From the NCBI GenBank assembly GCA_046758385.1, contig JBHIAB010000003.1, positions 1 through 51,025 on the forward strand: a DNA stretch of 51,025 bases, in the 5' to 3' direction. This document shows positions 35,851 to 45,048 of the stretch, in pieces. The notes under the pieces are model-generated. The model worked only from the letters and a program-made list of their open reading frames with translations. It was not told the origin of the DNA and did no database searches. This DNA is from Candidatus Methylomirabilia bacterium (GTDB lineage Bacteria > Methylomirabilota > Methylomirabilia > Rokubacteriales > CSP1-6). Positions within the stretch are counted from its first letter, which is position 1. Every line of letters begins with the position of its first letter. The position numbers and the translations under genes are program-made.

Positions 35851-36585
35851 TCAGACTCCAAGATAGGCTTCGACGACCGGCTCCTGGTGCCGCACGACCT
35901 CTGGCGCCCCGTCGGCGATTTTCCGGCCGTTGGCGAGCACGACCAGGCGAGACGAGACGCCCAGGATGGTGGGCAGGTCATGGCTCACCACCACAAAATC
36001 GATACCCTGACCGTGCAGCTCCTCGAGGCGTCGCAGCATGCGCTCCTTCAGCAGCGGGTGGACGCCCGCAAAGGGTTCGTCGAGCAGGACTAGGCGTGGG
36101 TGTAACATCAACGCCCGGGCAAATTCCAGCAGCTTTTGCTGCCCCCCAGACAGATTGCCGGCCTGTTCGTGCGCGACATCCTCGATTTCCAGAAAGCGCA
36201 GCAACTCACGGGCGCGCTCAAGCAGTTGCCGGGGCGTTATGTCACCCTCCGTGCGGCTGGCGTAGCCGGGCACGAGCAGGTTTTCCAGCGCCGTCATACG
36301 ACGAAACACTCGTGCCACCTGGTAGGTTCTGCCAATGCCCTGGCGCGCCACATGATACACCGGGAGATGGTCGGTGCGACGGCCGAGGCAGTGGACCTCC
36401 CCGCGGTGAAGGCGATAGATGTTGCCCACCACATTCAGCAAGGTGGTTTTGCCTGAGCCATTAGGACCTATGAGCCCCAGGATCTCCCCCGGCGCGACCG
36501 CCAGCGTCACCCCATCGAGGGCCTGGATGCCGCCGAAGGCAATGGACACGTCACGCAGATCGAGGATGGGCTCCGTGGCCACCAT
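35851..36585 (-). CDS. livG: ABC ATPase (LivG-like)
   Basis: GPNGSGKTT, GIGRTYQ, LSGGQQK, LDEPFAG, EAYLG. Confidence 0.93.
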   Translation of the reverse strand: MVATEPILDLRDVSIAFGGIQALDGVTLAVAPGEILGLIGPNGSGKTTLLNVVGNIYRLHRGEVHCLGRRTDHLPVYHVARQGIGRTYQVARVFRRMTALENLLVPGYASRTEGDITPRQLLERARELLRFLEIEDVAHEQAGNLSGGQQKLLEFARALMLHPRLVLLDEPFAGVHPLLKERMLRRLEELHGQGIDFVVVSHDLPTILGVSSRLVVLANGRKIADGAPEVVRHQEPVVEAYLGV

Positions 36586-36593
36586 GGAGAAGC

Positions 36594-36622
36594 ATGCTAG
36601 AATAGGCGCTCTGCCCTGTCAA
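36594..36622 (-). promoter_or_regulatory. Putative sigma70 promoter, probably leaderless, of the ABC operon
   Basis: TTGACA-N17-TAGCAT-N8-ATG(36585); no SD. Confidence 0.65.
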
Positions 36623-36945
36623 GCGCGCGCATCGACTCAAAATTTGGGTTACCCATCTGCTACGACCTGGGGTCGAGGACGAGGTGCGAGTCCATAGCGA
36701 AACCACCTAGTCAGGACGGGGGTGAGGAGCGTTTCAAGATCGAGGGATCCGCCAAGCAAAACCCCCTATGGGTAGGGCCCACGCTGCTACCCAGGGAGTC
36801 TGTGCTTCGGCAACCCTGTGGACATCGCAGATCTCATGTGGTCATGTAACATTGCCACTGGATTGTGATCTCGTCAACGACGCTCACAACAGGGCAGGAC
36901 GGGCTTCCGAAACGCCAACCGAGCAGATGAAGGAGACTCCGGACG

Positions 36946-37704
36946 ATGAATTCGCCCAGCAAGGTTACGATCGTGACGGGCGCGGGCACCGGCATCGGCA
37001 AGGCGGTCGCGCTCGCGTTCATGCGGAACGGGTATCGCGTCGCCCTCTCCGGACGCCGCAGGGAGCTCCTGGAGAAGGTGGCGGCAGAGGCGGGGTCGTC
37101 GGGCGCCGGGGCGCTCGTGGTGCCCACCGACGTGAGCGACCCGCACTCCGTCCGCAAGCTCTTCGCACGGACGAAGGAAGCCTTCGGCCGGCTCGATCTG
37201 CTGTTCAACAACGCCGGCACCAGCGCGCCCGGCATCCCGCTCGAAGAGCTCAGCTACGAGCGGTGGAAGACGGTCATCGACGTCAACCTCACCGGCGTGT
37301 TCCTCTGCACGCAGGAAGCATTCAAGCTCATGAAGAGCCAGGATCCCAGGGGCGGGCGCATCATCAACAACGGTTCCATCTCGGCCCACGCCCCCCGGCT
37401 CAACTCGGCCCCCTACACCGCAAGCAAGCACGCGATCACCGGCCTCACCAAGTCGACCTCCCTCGACGGCAGGAAGTACGACATCGCCTGCGGCCAGATC
37501 GACATCGGCAACGCCGCGACCGAGATGGCGGCGCGAATCGGCCAAGGCGTCCCGCAGGCGAACGGCTCCATCGCGGCCGAGCCACTCATGGACGTAGCGC
37601 ACGTCGCGGACGCGGTGCTCCACATGGCGCGGCTGCCGCTGGACGCGAACGTCCAGTTCATGACGATTATGGCGACCAAGATGCCCTTCGTCGGGCGCGG
37701 CTGA
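36946..37704 (+). CDS. Short-chain dehydrogenase/reductase
   Basis: [22 protein letters not shown]; SD aaggag. Confidence 0.95.
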   Translation: MNSPSKVTIVTGAGTGIGKAVALAFMRNGYRVALSGRRRELLEKVAAEAGSSGAGALVVPTDVSDPHSVRKLFARTKEAFGRLDLLFNNAGTSAPGIPLEELSYERWKTVIDVNLTGVFLCTQEAFKLMKSQDPRGGRIINNGSISAHAPRLNSAPYTASKHAITGLTKSTSLDGRKYDIACGQIDIGNAATEMAARIGQGVPQANGSIAAEPLMDVAHVADAVLHMARLPLDANVQFMTIMATKMPFVGRG

Positions 37705-37862
37705 CGCCTCGGGGACCGGAGGTCGCCACACGCGCGGCCTGCCCGTCTGCGCGGTCACCCCTGGGCCATCCGAGCCAGCCCGGGGGGATCGCGCGCTCGT
37801 CCGCCGTGCCACTATAAGATAGGCGGAACATCTATCCTCTTGCGGGGGGCAGTGCCAGAGCC

Positions 37863-38864
37863 ATGCTGAACGTGCTGGTGACGATGAACTTCGACGAAGC
37901 CCAGTTGGACCGGCTGCGCGCGGTTTCGCCGCGTTTCAGTGTGACGCGCGGGGACCCGGAGACGGCGGACTACTCGCGCACGGACATCCTGTACGCGGGA
38001 ATGCTACCTCGCGATCTGTCGCGCGCGCCAAACTTGAAATGGGTGCAGCTGCACATGGCGGGCGTGAACACGCTCCACGATCACCCGATCTACACGGACA
38101 GCGCGATCCCGCTCACCACGACGAGCGGCGTGCACGCGGCGGCGGTCGCCGAGTACGCGATCACGGTGTTGCTGGCGCTGGCGCACCGCGTGCCACGGAT
38201 GGTCGAGTGGCAGGCGAGGGGCACCTGGCCAACCGACGAGCGGCGCTGGCCTCTGTTCGTGCCGACTGAGATGCGCGGGGCGACCTTCGGCATCATCGGC
38301 TACGGAAGCATCGGACGCGAACTCGCGCGCATCGCCAAGGCGGCGTTCGCGATGACCGTGCTGGCGTGCAAGCGTGACCCGGCGCGCCGGTCTGACCCGG
38401 GCTACTGCCTGCCCCGCACAGGTGACCCCGACGGCGTCCTGCCGGACGAGTGGTTTGCGCGCGAGCAGCTACCAGAGCTGCTCGCGCGGTCGGACGTCGT
38501 GGTGATGTGCGCACCCCTGACACCGGAGACGCAGCACATGATCGGTGCGAAAGAGCTTCGAAGGATGAAGTCGTCGGCCTACTTCATCAACGTCGGGCGC
38601 GGCGCCACGGTCGACGAGATCGCGCTGGCGCAGGCGCTGGCGGAGAAGCGGATCGCCGGCGCAGCAATCGACGTGTTCACGCAGGAGCCACCGCCCGGGG
38701 GCCACCCGTTCTACGGGCTCGACAACGTCATTCTCTCGCCGCACGTGTCAGGCTTCATTCCCAGCTACGACGACAAGTGCGCCGTGCTGTTCGCGGAGAA
38801 CCTGCGTCGCTACCTGAACGGCGCGCCGCTCCTGAACCTGGTGGACCGCGCGAAAGGGTACTAA
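37863..38864 (+). CDS. D-2-hydroxyacid dehydrogenase family protein
   Basis: GIIGYGSIG, PLTPET, INVGRG, IDVF..EP, SPHVSG. Confidence 0.95.
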   Translation: MLNVLVTMNFDEAQLDRLRAVSPRFSVTRGDPETADYSRTDILYAGMLPRDLSRAPNLKWVQLHMAGVNTLHDHPIYTDSAIPLTTTSGVHAAAVAEYAITVLLALAHRVPRMVEWQARGTWPTDERRWPLFVPTEMRGATFGIIGYGSIGRELARIAKAAFAMTVLACKRDPARRSDPGYCLPRTGDPDGVLPDEWFAREQLPELLARSDVVVMCAPLTPETQHMIGAKELRRMKSSAYFINVGRGATVDEIALAQALAEKRIAGAAIDVFTQEPPPGGHPFYGLDNVILSPHVSGFIPSYDDKCAVLFAENLRRYLNGAPLLNLVDRAKGY

Positions 38865-38869
38865 GCGAC

Positions 38870-39125
38870 TGGAAAGTGGAGGGCGCGGCACCTCGGTACC
38901 ACTTCTACCACCGGGTGCGGTAGAACCTCCTGACGTTCACCGACGAGCAGCCGCTCGACCAGGCCGCGATCGTCGACGACCCCGAGGAGGTCGCGAACAA
39001 CGTGCGGGCGCACCACGAGGCCCTTGGCATCACCGACTTCATGGGCTCACTCTCGCACGGCATGGCGGACCAGGCCAAGGTGCTCCGCTCGATGCGTCTA
39101 TTGCGGCGAAAAGGTCCTTCCCCGC
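38870..39125 (+). pseudogene. C-terminal remnant of an LLM-class flavin-dependent oxidoreductase
   Basis: AIVDDPEEVAN..EALGIT..VLRSMRL then a frameshift to EKVLP; in-frame TAG at 38921-23; no start. Confidence 0.65.
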
Positions 39126-39726
39126 CCTGCTTCTTGCCGGCGAGCCCCAGCCGCTGCTCGAGCAGCAGCCGCACCTCCTGGACGGCGGCGCGCCACAGCG
39201 GGCCTCCGGGAGCGTCGTACTCGGCCTGGACCTGCCTCCGGTACTCGGCCATCGCGGCGTCCTGCTTGCCGGGAGCCGCCGCCTCGAGCGTCCGGGCCCG
39301 AATCCCGATGACCTCGGCCGTCGCGGCGTGGGCCCGCTCGATCCACCGCCCGATCTCGTTCCAGTCCTTGTCAAAGAAGACCATGATCGGGATGGACCGG
39401 TAGCCGTTGTTCAGGAAGCAATCCGCCAAGTCGAGGTTCTGATCGCGGAAGAACACGCGAAGCTCGCAGTTCGGCATCGCCTCGGCGATGCGGGCGAGCA
39501 CCGGCGAGTTGCGGTGGACGTCACCGCACCAGTTCTCGGCGAGCATCAGCGCGTACCGCACCTGGGCGAGGCCGCTGAAGAACTGCCGCTCCTCCTCCGT
39601 CAGCGCCGCTTTCTGGTAGTTGTCCTCCGTGCGGGCCCGGGTGTCGCCCATCTGGGCCAGGTAGTCCTTCCAGGTCAGACCGGTGGCGAACCGCTGCGCG
39701 TCCAGGGGGATCCTCATCTGGGCCAT
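38905..39726 (-). CDS. Thioredoxin-family protein with a single-Cys motif and probable read-through extension
   Basis: AENWCGDV, RSIP, WIER; SD aaggagagg; the last about 70 aa are antisense to the LLM remnant. Confidence 0.8.
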   Translation of the reverse strand: MAQMRIPLDAQRFATGLTWKDYLAQMGDTRARTEDNYQKAALTEEERQFFSGLAQVRYALMLAENWCGDVHRNSPVLARIAEAMPNCELRVFFRDQNLDLADCFLNNGYRSIPIMVFFDKDWNEIGRWIERAHAATAEVIGIRARTLEAAAPGKQDAAMAEYRRQVQAEYDAPGGPLWRAAVQEVRLLLEQRLGLAGKKQGGEGPFRRNRRIERSTLAWSAMPCESEPMKSVMPRASWCARTLFATSSGSSTIAAWSSGCSSVNVRRFYRTRW

Positions 39727-39798
39727 GTTGTCCTCTCCTTTGGTGGCGCTCGACTGGGCCGTCCTTTATACCTTTATACACCAGACGAGGCCGTGTCT

Positions 39799-39830
39799 TG
39801 GTGAGCCGTCTGGGACTCGAACCCAGGACC
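39799..39830 (-). tRNA. 3' fragment of a tRNA (T-arm, acceptor strand, CCA); possibly Lys-type; att-like scar
   Basis: Minus strand reads GGTC-CTGGG-TTCGAGT-CCCAG-ACGGCTC-A-CCA; anticodon arm and 5' half are absent. Confidence 0.8.
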
Positions 39831-40329
39831 TGTCCTTTGCCAAAACCAGATCCGACTGAAAGCTTTGAGCTGGGCTCTCCCGGCCGTCAGAATGCGGGCC
39901 ATGGTCGACCTTTTCCTTACCTTCCGGCGCGAATGCTTGGATCACGTGGTGGTCCTGGGCGAAGCCCACCTGCGCCGGACCCTCGATCGCTACTTCACCT
40001 ACTACCACCGCTTACGCGCTCACGTGGCGCTCGCCAAGGACGCACCGGAGCCGAGGCCGGTCCAACCGCCGACCATGGGCGAGGTGGTCGACTTGGCCGA
40101 GGTCGGTGGGCTCCACCACCGGAACGGACGGCGGGCGGCCTGAAGGCCGGCGACCTCAACCGGCGGCGAGCGGAGTCGACTGCGTGAATTGTTACCTCAC
40201 CTCGTGGAGTCGAGAATCTCTCCAAAGCTGGCCACGCAACCGGCTGCGAGGTCGACGCGTGCGCCGCATCCACATCGTGGGGGCGGAAGGGCGCGGATCA
40301 TTCGAGGGATCACAATTTGGCAAGGGACA
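39831..40329 (+). mobile_element. Internally deleted IS with integrase-core (DDE) transposase remnant
   Basis: Ends TGTCCTTTGCCAAA and TTTGGCAAGGGACA are inverted repeats (13/14); encodes RRECLDHVVVLGEAHLRR..YY..H..L.KDAP..GGLHH at about 39920-40143. Confidence 0.85.
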
Positions 40330-40932
40330 CGGGCCGTTGGACCTTCGTTAGCGGGTTCGTTACCGGGTTGACGATCAACGAGAAAATCCGGCGGTCCCAT
40401 ATTGATGTGTTGCTATGACTTCCGACCGAAGGGCAGCTTTTCAAACCTCATCACTTTGGGTCGGCGAGGACTTGCGGTCTCCGCCTTTAATCTGTGGGTT
40501 GGGGCGAGCAACCTCAAATTCACCCAGAACACCGGACGCGAAGAGGGCGAAGATCTCAACAACACTCATGGGCCTCGACCTCTTGGCCCTTTGTAGGGCG
40601 AGCGAGAGTGCGATACAAGTCCATGAAGAAACCCATTCCCGAACCTGTCATTTCTGTTCTCAAGGCCATGATGAAGGTAGGGGGGGAGGACGAGGAGGAG
40701 ATCAGGCAGGAACAGGCTCACAGGCCCGTCACCGTCATCTTTCAGCGCACCGATCCGAGGATAGGCCCGGTAATCTCTCCTCATATCCATGCCGCCTCCC
40801 GCCTAAGCTACGACAATCTATCCGTGGCTTCAGATAGGCAATAACGCCGCGCACACATATTCGAACGCTGGCCCCTCGCCTGCCGCGAATATTCCATTCT
40901 GGACCTCGAACGCAGGTGGAGGTATCAGCTTT

Positions 40933-41046
40933 GTAGAAGCCGTCGCGCGGTGGACCAGGCGGCACCCGGGCGTCCGGCTGACCCCCCACAAGCTCCGCCA
41001 CGCCTACGGCAAGCACTGCGTGGACCGGGGCGCGGACATCCGCATC
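40933..41046 (+). pseudogene. Tyrosine recombinase/integrase fragment
   Basis: VRLTPHKLRHAYGKHCVDRGADIR (HxLRH box at 40987-41001); the LGH motif and catalytic Tyr region are missing. Confidence 0.7.
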
Positions 41047-41317
41047 AGCCGACGTATTTTCGGATCGGCGTCAGTTCCTACTCAGGGGGCACTGGGGCAA
41101 GAAGAAATGCCCCGGAAGACTCAAGGCCGCTCACGACGTTGCCTTCCGTCAGCCTTTCGAGACTAGGGTTAGTAGCCTCGATCGACCGTTGGTCGGCTCT
41201 CGGCAACTCCGACCCTTCCAGGGCAACGCGAGGGTACTTCCGCCGTGACTTCCTTGTCAAGAGGAATTTTCAGAGAAGGGGGAAACACGCCGAGCCTCGG
41301 ACTGCGGCATACTCGCC

Positions 41318-41346
41318 TTGACAGGAGGGAGGGCTCTGCTTAGAAT
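41318..41346 (+). promoter_or_regulatory. Near-consensus sigma70 promoter upstream of the TRAP permeases
   Basis: TTGACA-N17-TAGAAT. Confidence 0.75.
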
Positions 41347-41571
41347 CGGGCCGCTCCTTTGGCGCCCTCGAATTGGAACCAACTGAATTGAGGTGAAGCT
41401 ATGAGCGGACCAGTCTTACTCCCATTAGGGATTGTTCCGGCGATGGAAAGTCTCCGAAGTACATAGAGGAGCCCAAGAGTAAGGGACTGTCCGCGGAGGT
41501 GGGGCTAGCCGCAGCGCTACCCCCACCTTATAGGGGGGGCCACCCGTCACTGGCCGAGAATGGGGACGCAC

Positions 41572-42102
41572 ATGGACGCTCCTCCCAAGGCGCTGATCAC
41601 CACCGTTCGGCTCATCGACTCCACGATCGGTGAGTGGTCCGGCCAAATTTTCTGCTGGCTCATCATCCCCATGGTAGGCGGCTTGACCTACGAGGTCATT
41701 GTCCGCTACGCGTTCAATGCCCCGACAGTATGGGCCTACGACATCACGTACATGCTGTACGGGTCCCACTTCATGCTGGGCGCAGCCTACACCCTCTACA
41801 AGGGCGGGCATATCCGCACCGACATCTTTTACGGCAAGTGGTCTCCCCGCACGCAGGGGCTGGTTGACGCGACCCTGTACCTCCTGTTCTTCTTCCCGGG
41901 AATGTTCTTCTTCTTACGATCAGGCTGGATCGAGGCTTCCTATTCCGTGTCAATCCTGGAAACATCCGATGCGAGTCCATGGCGACCGCCCTTGTACCCA
42001 CTTAAACTGGTGATCCCGTTCACCGCCCTCCTACTCCTGATTCAGGGCATCTCTGAGTTCTTGAAAAGCCTCTACGCGGCCCGCCGAGGCAAGTGGCTAT
42101 GA
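41572..42102 (+). CDS. dctQ: TRAP transporter small permease
   Basis: YEVIVRYAFNAPTVWA, GGHIRTD, LLLIQGISE; four TM helices. Confidence 0.93.
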   Translation: MDAPPKALITTVRLIDSTIGEWSGQIFCWLIIPMVGGLTYEVIVRYAFNAPTVWAYDITYMLYGSHFMLGAAYTLYKGGHIRTDIFYGKWSPRTQGLVDATLYLLFFFPGMFFFLRSGWIEASYSVSILETSDASPWRPPLYPLKLVIPFTALLLLIQGISEFLKSLYAARRGKWL

Positions 42103-43415
42103 GCCCCGAGCTCCTCGGTGTGATCCTGCTGGTGTGCCTCCTGAGCGGAATCTTCATCGGGTTTCCCATCGCGTTTACCCTCATCATCCTCGGCGTCGTC
42201 TTCGGCTATATCGGGTTCGGCCCGACAGTCTTCTACCTGATGGTCTTTCAGGCCTTTGGGTTCATGAAGGAAGAGACCCTCGCGGCGGTGCCGCTCTTCA
42301 TCTTTATGGGCCATATCCTGGAACGGGCGGGACTGATGGAGCGGCTCTTCAGGTCGTTCCAGTTCATCCTGGGGGGGGTGAGGGGATCGTTGTATCTTGG
42401 GGTGCTCGCGACGGCCACGATTTTCGCGACGGCCACGGGCATTATCGGCGCCTCCGTGACCGTGATAGGAATGATGGCCGCTCCAGAGATGACGAAGAGC
42501 CGCTACGATCCCAGCCTCTCAGCCGGTGTCATTACCGCGGGGGGGTGCCTGGGCATCCTCATCCCGCCGAGCGTGATGCTGGTCGTCATGGGGCCGGTGC
42601 TCGGCGTGTCTGTGATCCACCTCTTTGCCGCGGCGATCATCCCGGGCCTGATCCTCTCAGGCCTCTATATCGCCTACACCATGATCAGGTGTTACGTGAA
42701 CCCCGAGCTCGGGCCAGTGCTGCCAAAGGAGGAGCGTCTAGCCTCCCCGCTCGCGATCGCCCTCGAGTTTCTCTCCGGCATCGTCCCGCTCGCGTTCGTG
42801 GTCTTTGCCGCCTTGGGAAGCATCATCGCCGGGCTGGCCACTCCGACCGAGGCTGCCGCGATGGCGGCCACGGGAGCCGTGCTGCTCACCCTGGTCTATG
42901 GACGCCTGAATTGGCAGACGGTAAAAGATGCCGCACTCAAGACCCTTCAGACTTCCAGTTTCATCCTCTTCCTGGCGGTCGCCTCCAACATCTACGGAGC
43001 GGTCTTCACTCGACTGGGGACGGGCACGTTGATCGCGAACGCTCTGCTGCAGCTACCGCTCCCCCCCCGGGGGCTGCTTGCCCTTTTGATGATGGTCATC
43101 TTCCTCCTCGGCTGGCCGTTGGAGTGGCCGGCTATCGTCTTCATTTTCGTGCCCGTCTTCCTTCCTGTGGTCCTGGCACTGAAGTTTGATCTCGTGTGGT
43201 TCGGCGCCCTGCTGGCGGTGAACTTGCAGACAGCCTACCTCTCCCCTCCCGTGGCGATGGCGGCTTACTACCTCAAAGCGGTCGCTCCGGACTGGGACTT
43301 GCTGAAGATCTATCGCGGAATGTTCGAGTTCATGCTGCTCCAGATGCTAGGCCTGGCGATCGTCTTCGCCTTTCCCCAGGTCGCTCTGTGGCTTCCAAAT
43401 CTGCTGTTCGAGTAG
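42099..43415 (+). CDS. dctM: TRAP transporter large permease
   Basis: LAAVPLFIFMG, GILIPPS, ATPTEAAA, NLQTAYLSPP; ATGA overlap with dctQ. Confidence 0.95.
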   Translation: MSPELLGVILLVCLLSGIFIGFPIAFTLIILGVVFGYIGFGPTVFYLMVFQAFGFMKEETLAAVPLFIFMGHILERAGLMERLFRSFQFILGGVRGSLYLGVLATATIFATATGIIGASVTVIGMMAAPEMTKSRYDPSLSAGVITAGGCLGILIPPSVMLVVMGPVLGVSVIHLFAAAIIPGLILSGLYIAYTMIRCYVNPELGPVLPKEERLASPLAIALEFLSGIVPLAFVVFAALGSIIAGLATPTEAAAMAATGAVLLTLVYGRLNWQTVKDAALKTLQTSSFILFLAVASNIYGAVFTRLGTGTLIANALLQLPLPPRGLLALLMMVIFLLGWPLEWPAIVFIFVPVFLPVVLALKFDLVWFGALLAVNLQTAYLSPPVAMAAYYLKAVAPDWDLLKIYRGMFEFMLLQMLGLAIVFAFPQVALWLPNLLFE

Positions 43416-43557
43416 GCTTGTCCCCACGCAACTTATCTGCCTATCGGCTGATCTGGTGAAGTCTCGGTTCATTGTGCACGAGCAATGCCGCGGGATTTCT
43501 GACCGGGACAGGTGACGTTCTCACGTTGCAGCCACGGGGCTGGCTTCACACGTGCTG

Positions 43558-43595
43558 AAAAGAAGACGCCGGAGCCTGGGGACTCCGGCGTCTTC
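43558..43595 (-). terminator. Intrinsic terminator of dctP
   Basis: GAAGACGCCGGAG / CTCCGGCGTCTTC stem followed by a T-run on the minus strand. Confidence 0.8.
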
Positions 43596-43613
43596 CCTGG
43601 GTTCTTGGCGGTG

Positions 43614-44744
43614 TTACTTCGTCGGTTTGCCCCAATAGTACTTCGCGATCACCCCATAGGGGTTCATGAATTGACGCTTCGGGACCACCTTGGCCGCGTA
43701 GGCCCGCTGGGAGTCCAGGACCTTCTTGAAGAACGCGTTCTTGCCGGCCTCCCGCTCCGCGATCTTGTCCCAGGCCTTCAGTTGCGCCGCGATGACCTCG
43801 TCGGGGGTCCTCACCAGGGTGACGCCCTTGCCCTTGAACTGCTCGAGAGCCACGGCGTCATCGCGGTTGAACTTCAGCAGAATTCGGAAGGCGGCCTTGA
43901 ACGTCGCCGCCCTGACCATCTCCTGGAGATCGCCGGGGAGCTTGTCCCACACGGTCTTGTTGATGAGGAGGTCGCAGGCCCCAGCCGTCTCGTGGGCGCT
44001 CGGATAGTGGTAGTACTTCCACACCGAGTAGAACCCCAGCCGGATGTCCTCGGCGGGCGTATACCACTCGGTGGCGTCCAGGACGCCCCGCTCGCCAGCC
44101 GGCAACAGCTCGCCCCCGGGCAAGGTCACCACGGACATTCCCATGTCCTTGTACACCTCGGCCGCAAGCCCCGGGACGCGGTATTTCAGGCCCTTGAGGT
44201 CGGCCAGGCTCTTGATGGGCTTCTTGAACCAGCCGAGCGCCTGGGCATGAGTCGGGAACAGGGGGATGGCCACGATGTCCATCCTGAGGACTTTCTGATA
44301 GAGCTCGTTCAAGAGCTCGACGCCGCCCCCCTCGTACTCCCAACCCCAGAAGTCGAGGGTGTCCATCCCAAAGGGACCGCCCGGGACGTCCGTGAAGAGG
44401 GCCGCCGCCATGTGCTTGCCGACGTAGTAGTAGGTGCAGGTGTAGGCTGCATCGAGCAGCCCGCGGTTGACCGCGTCCACCACCTCAAAGGCTCCCACGA
44501 CGGAGCCCGCCGGGAGAATGTCGAACTTGAGTCGGCCTCCGGCCATCGTGTTGGCGCTGTCAGCGAAGATTCTCAGGGTGTCTGTTATCGTGCTCGCTTC
44601 GGGGAAACTGAGCGACGTCTTGAGGACGACGGGCTTGGCCTGGGCCGCGGCGGGTGTGGGGCCCATCGTCTGCGGTTGGAACCCAACCGCCACAAGACTG
44701 ACAGCGACGAACACTACCAACAGCGAAAGAGCCCATTTCCTCAT
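43614..44744 (-). CDS. dctP: TRAP substrate-binding protein (DctP/TakP-like)
   Basis: Signal peptide, YYYVGK, GWFKKPI..DLKGLKYRVPG, LDATEW; SD aaaggag. Confidence 0.93.
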   Translation of the reverse strand: MRKWALSLLVVFVAVSLVAVGFQPQTMGPTPAAAQAKPVVLKTSLSFPEASTITDTLRIFADSANTMAGGRLKFDILPAGSVVGAFEVVDAVNRGLLDAAYTCTYYYVGKHMAAALFTDVPGGPFGMDTLDFWGWEYEGGGVELLNELYQKVLRMDIVAIPLFPTHAQALGWFKKPIKSLADLKGLKYRVPGLAAEVYKDMGMSVVTLPGGELLPAGERGVLDATEWYTPAEDIRLGFYSVWKYYHYPSAHETAGACDLLINKTVWDKLPGDLQEMVRAATFKAAFRILLKFNRDDAVALEQFKGKGVTLVRTPDEVIAAQLKAWDKIAEREAGKNAFFKKVLDSQRAYAAKVVPKRQFMNPYGVIAKYYWGKPTK

Positions 44745-44892
44745 TTTTCCGCTCCTTTCTCGGCACTTACCGAGGGCGCGTAGCGCGCCGTCTACAATGA
44801 TGGCGTACGGGGGGTCGTGATGGCCCCCTCCCTCAGAGGGTTGTGGGACTCTCTGAGGACCTCAGCCCATCCGAAGGCACGTCGAGATGGCT

Positions 44893-44922
44893 AACTTATA
44901 AGGGTCATTCCCCCTCTGTCAA
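44893..44922 (-). promoter_or_regulatory. Putative sigma70 promoter of dctP
   Basis: TTGACA-N16-TATAAG (or N18-TAAGTT). Confidence 0.5.
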
Positions 44923-45048
44923 GAGCTTCGGCGCCACGCTCCGGCAGTCTGCGGGGACGCCGTTCACCCGTGACGAGCGCGCCCGCGACCCCGACCTCCA
45001 GGCCAGAACAGGAAAGAGAAAAACTTATCCTAATCGCGGAGGGATGGG

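Noticed and set aside
36864-36879. CRP/FNR-like site upstream of the SDR
   Set aside because: Only one half-site (TGTGA) matches.
36768-37817. 349-aa Arg-rich ORF overlapping the SDR
   Set aside because: Alternative frame of a clear SDR gene.
39760-39900. Intact tRNA gene
   Set aside because: Only the T-arm and acceptor 3' strand exist; D and anticodon arms were not found nearby.
40494-40844. Short ORFs between the IS and the integrase scrap
   Set aside because: No motifs and conflicting frames; probably island debris that cannot be supported as genes.
43512-44783. 423-aa plus-strand ORF
   Set aside because: Antisense shadow of dctP.
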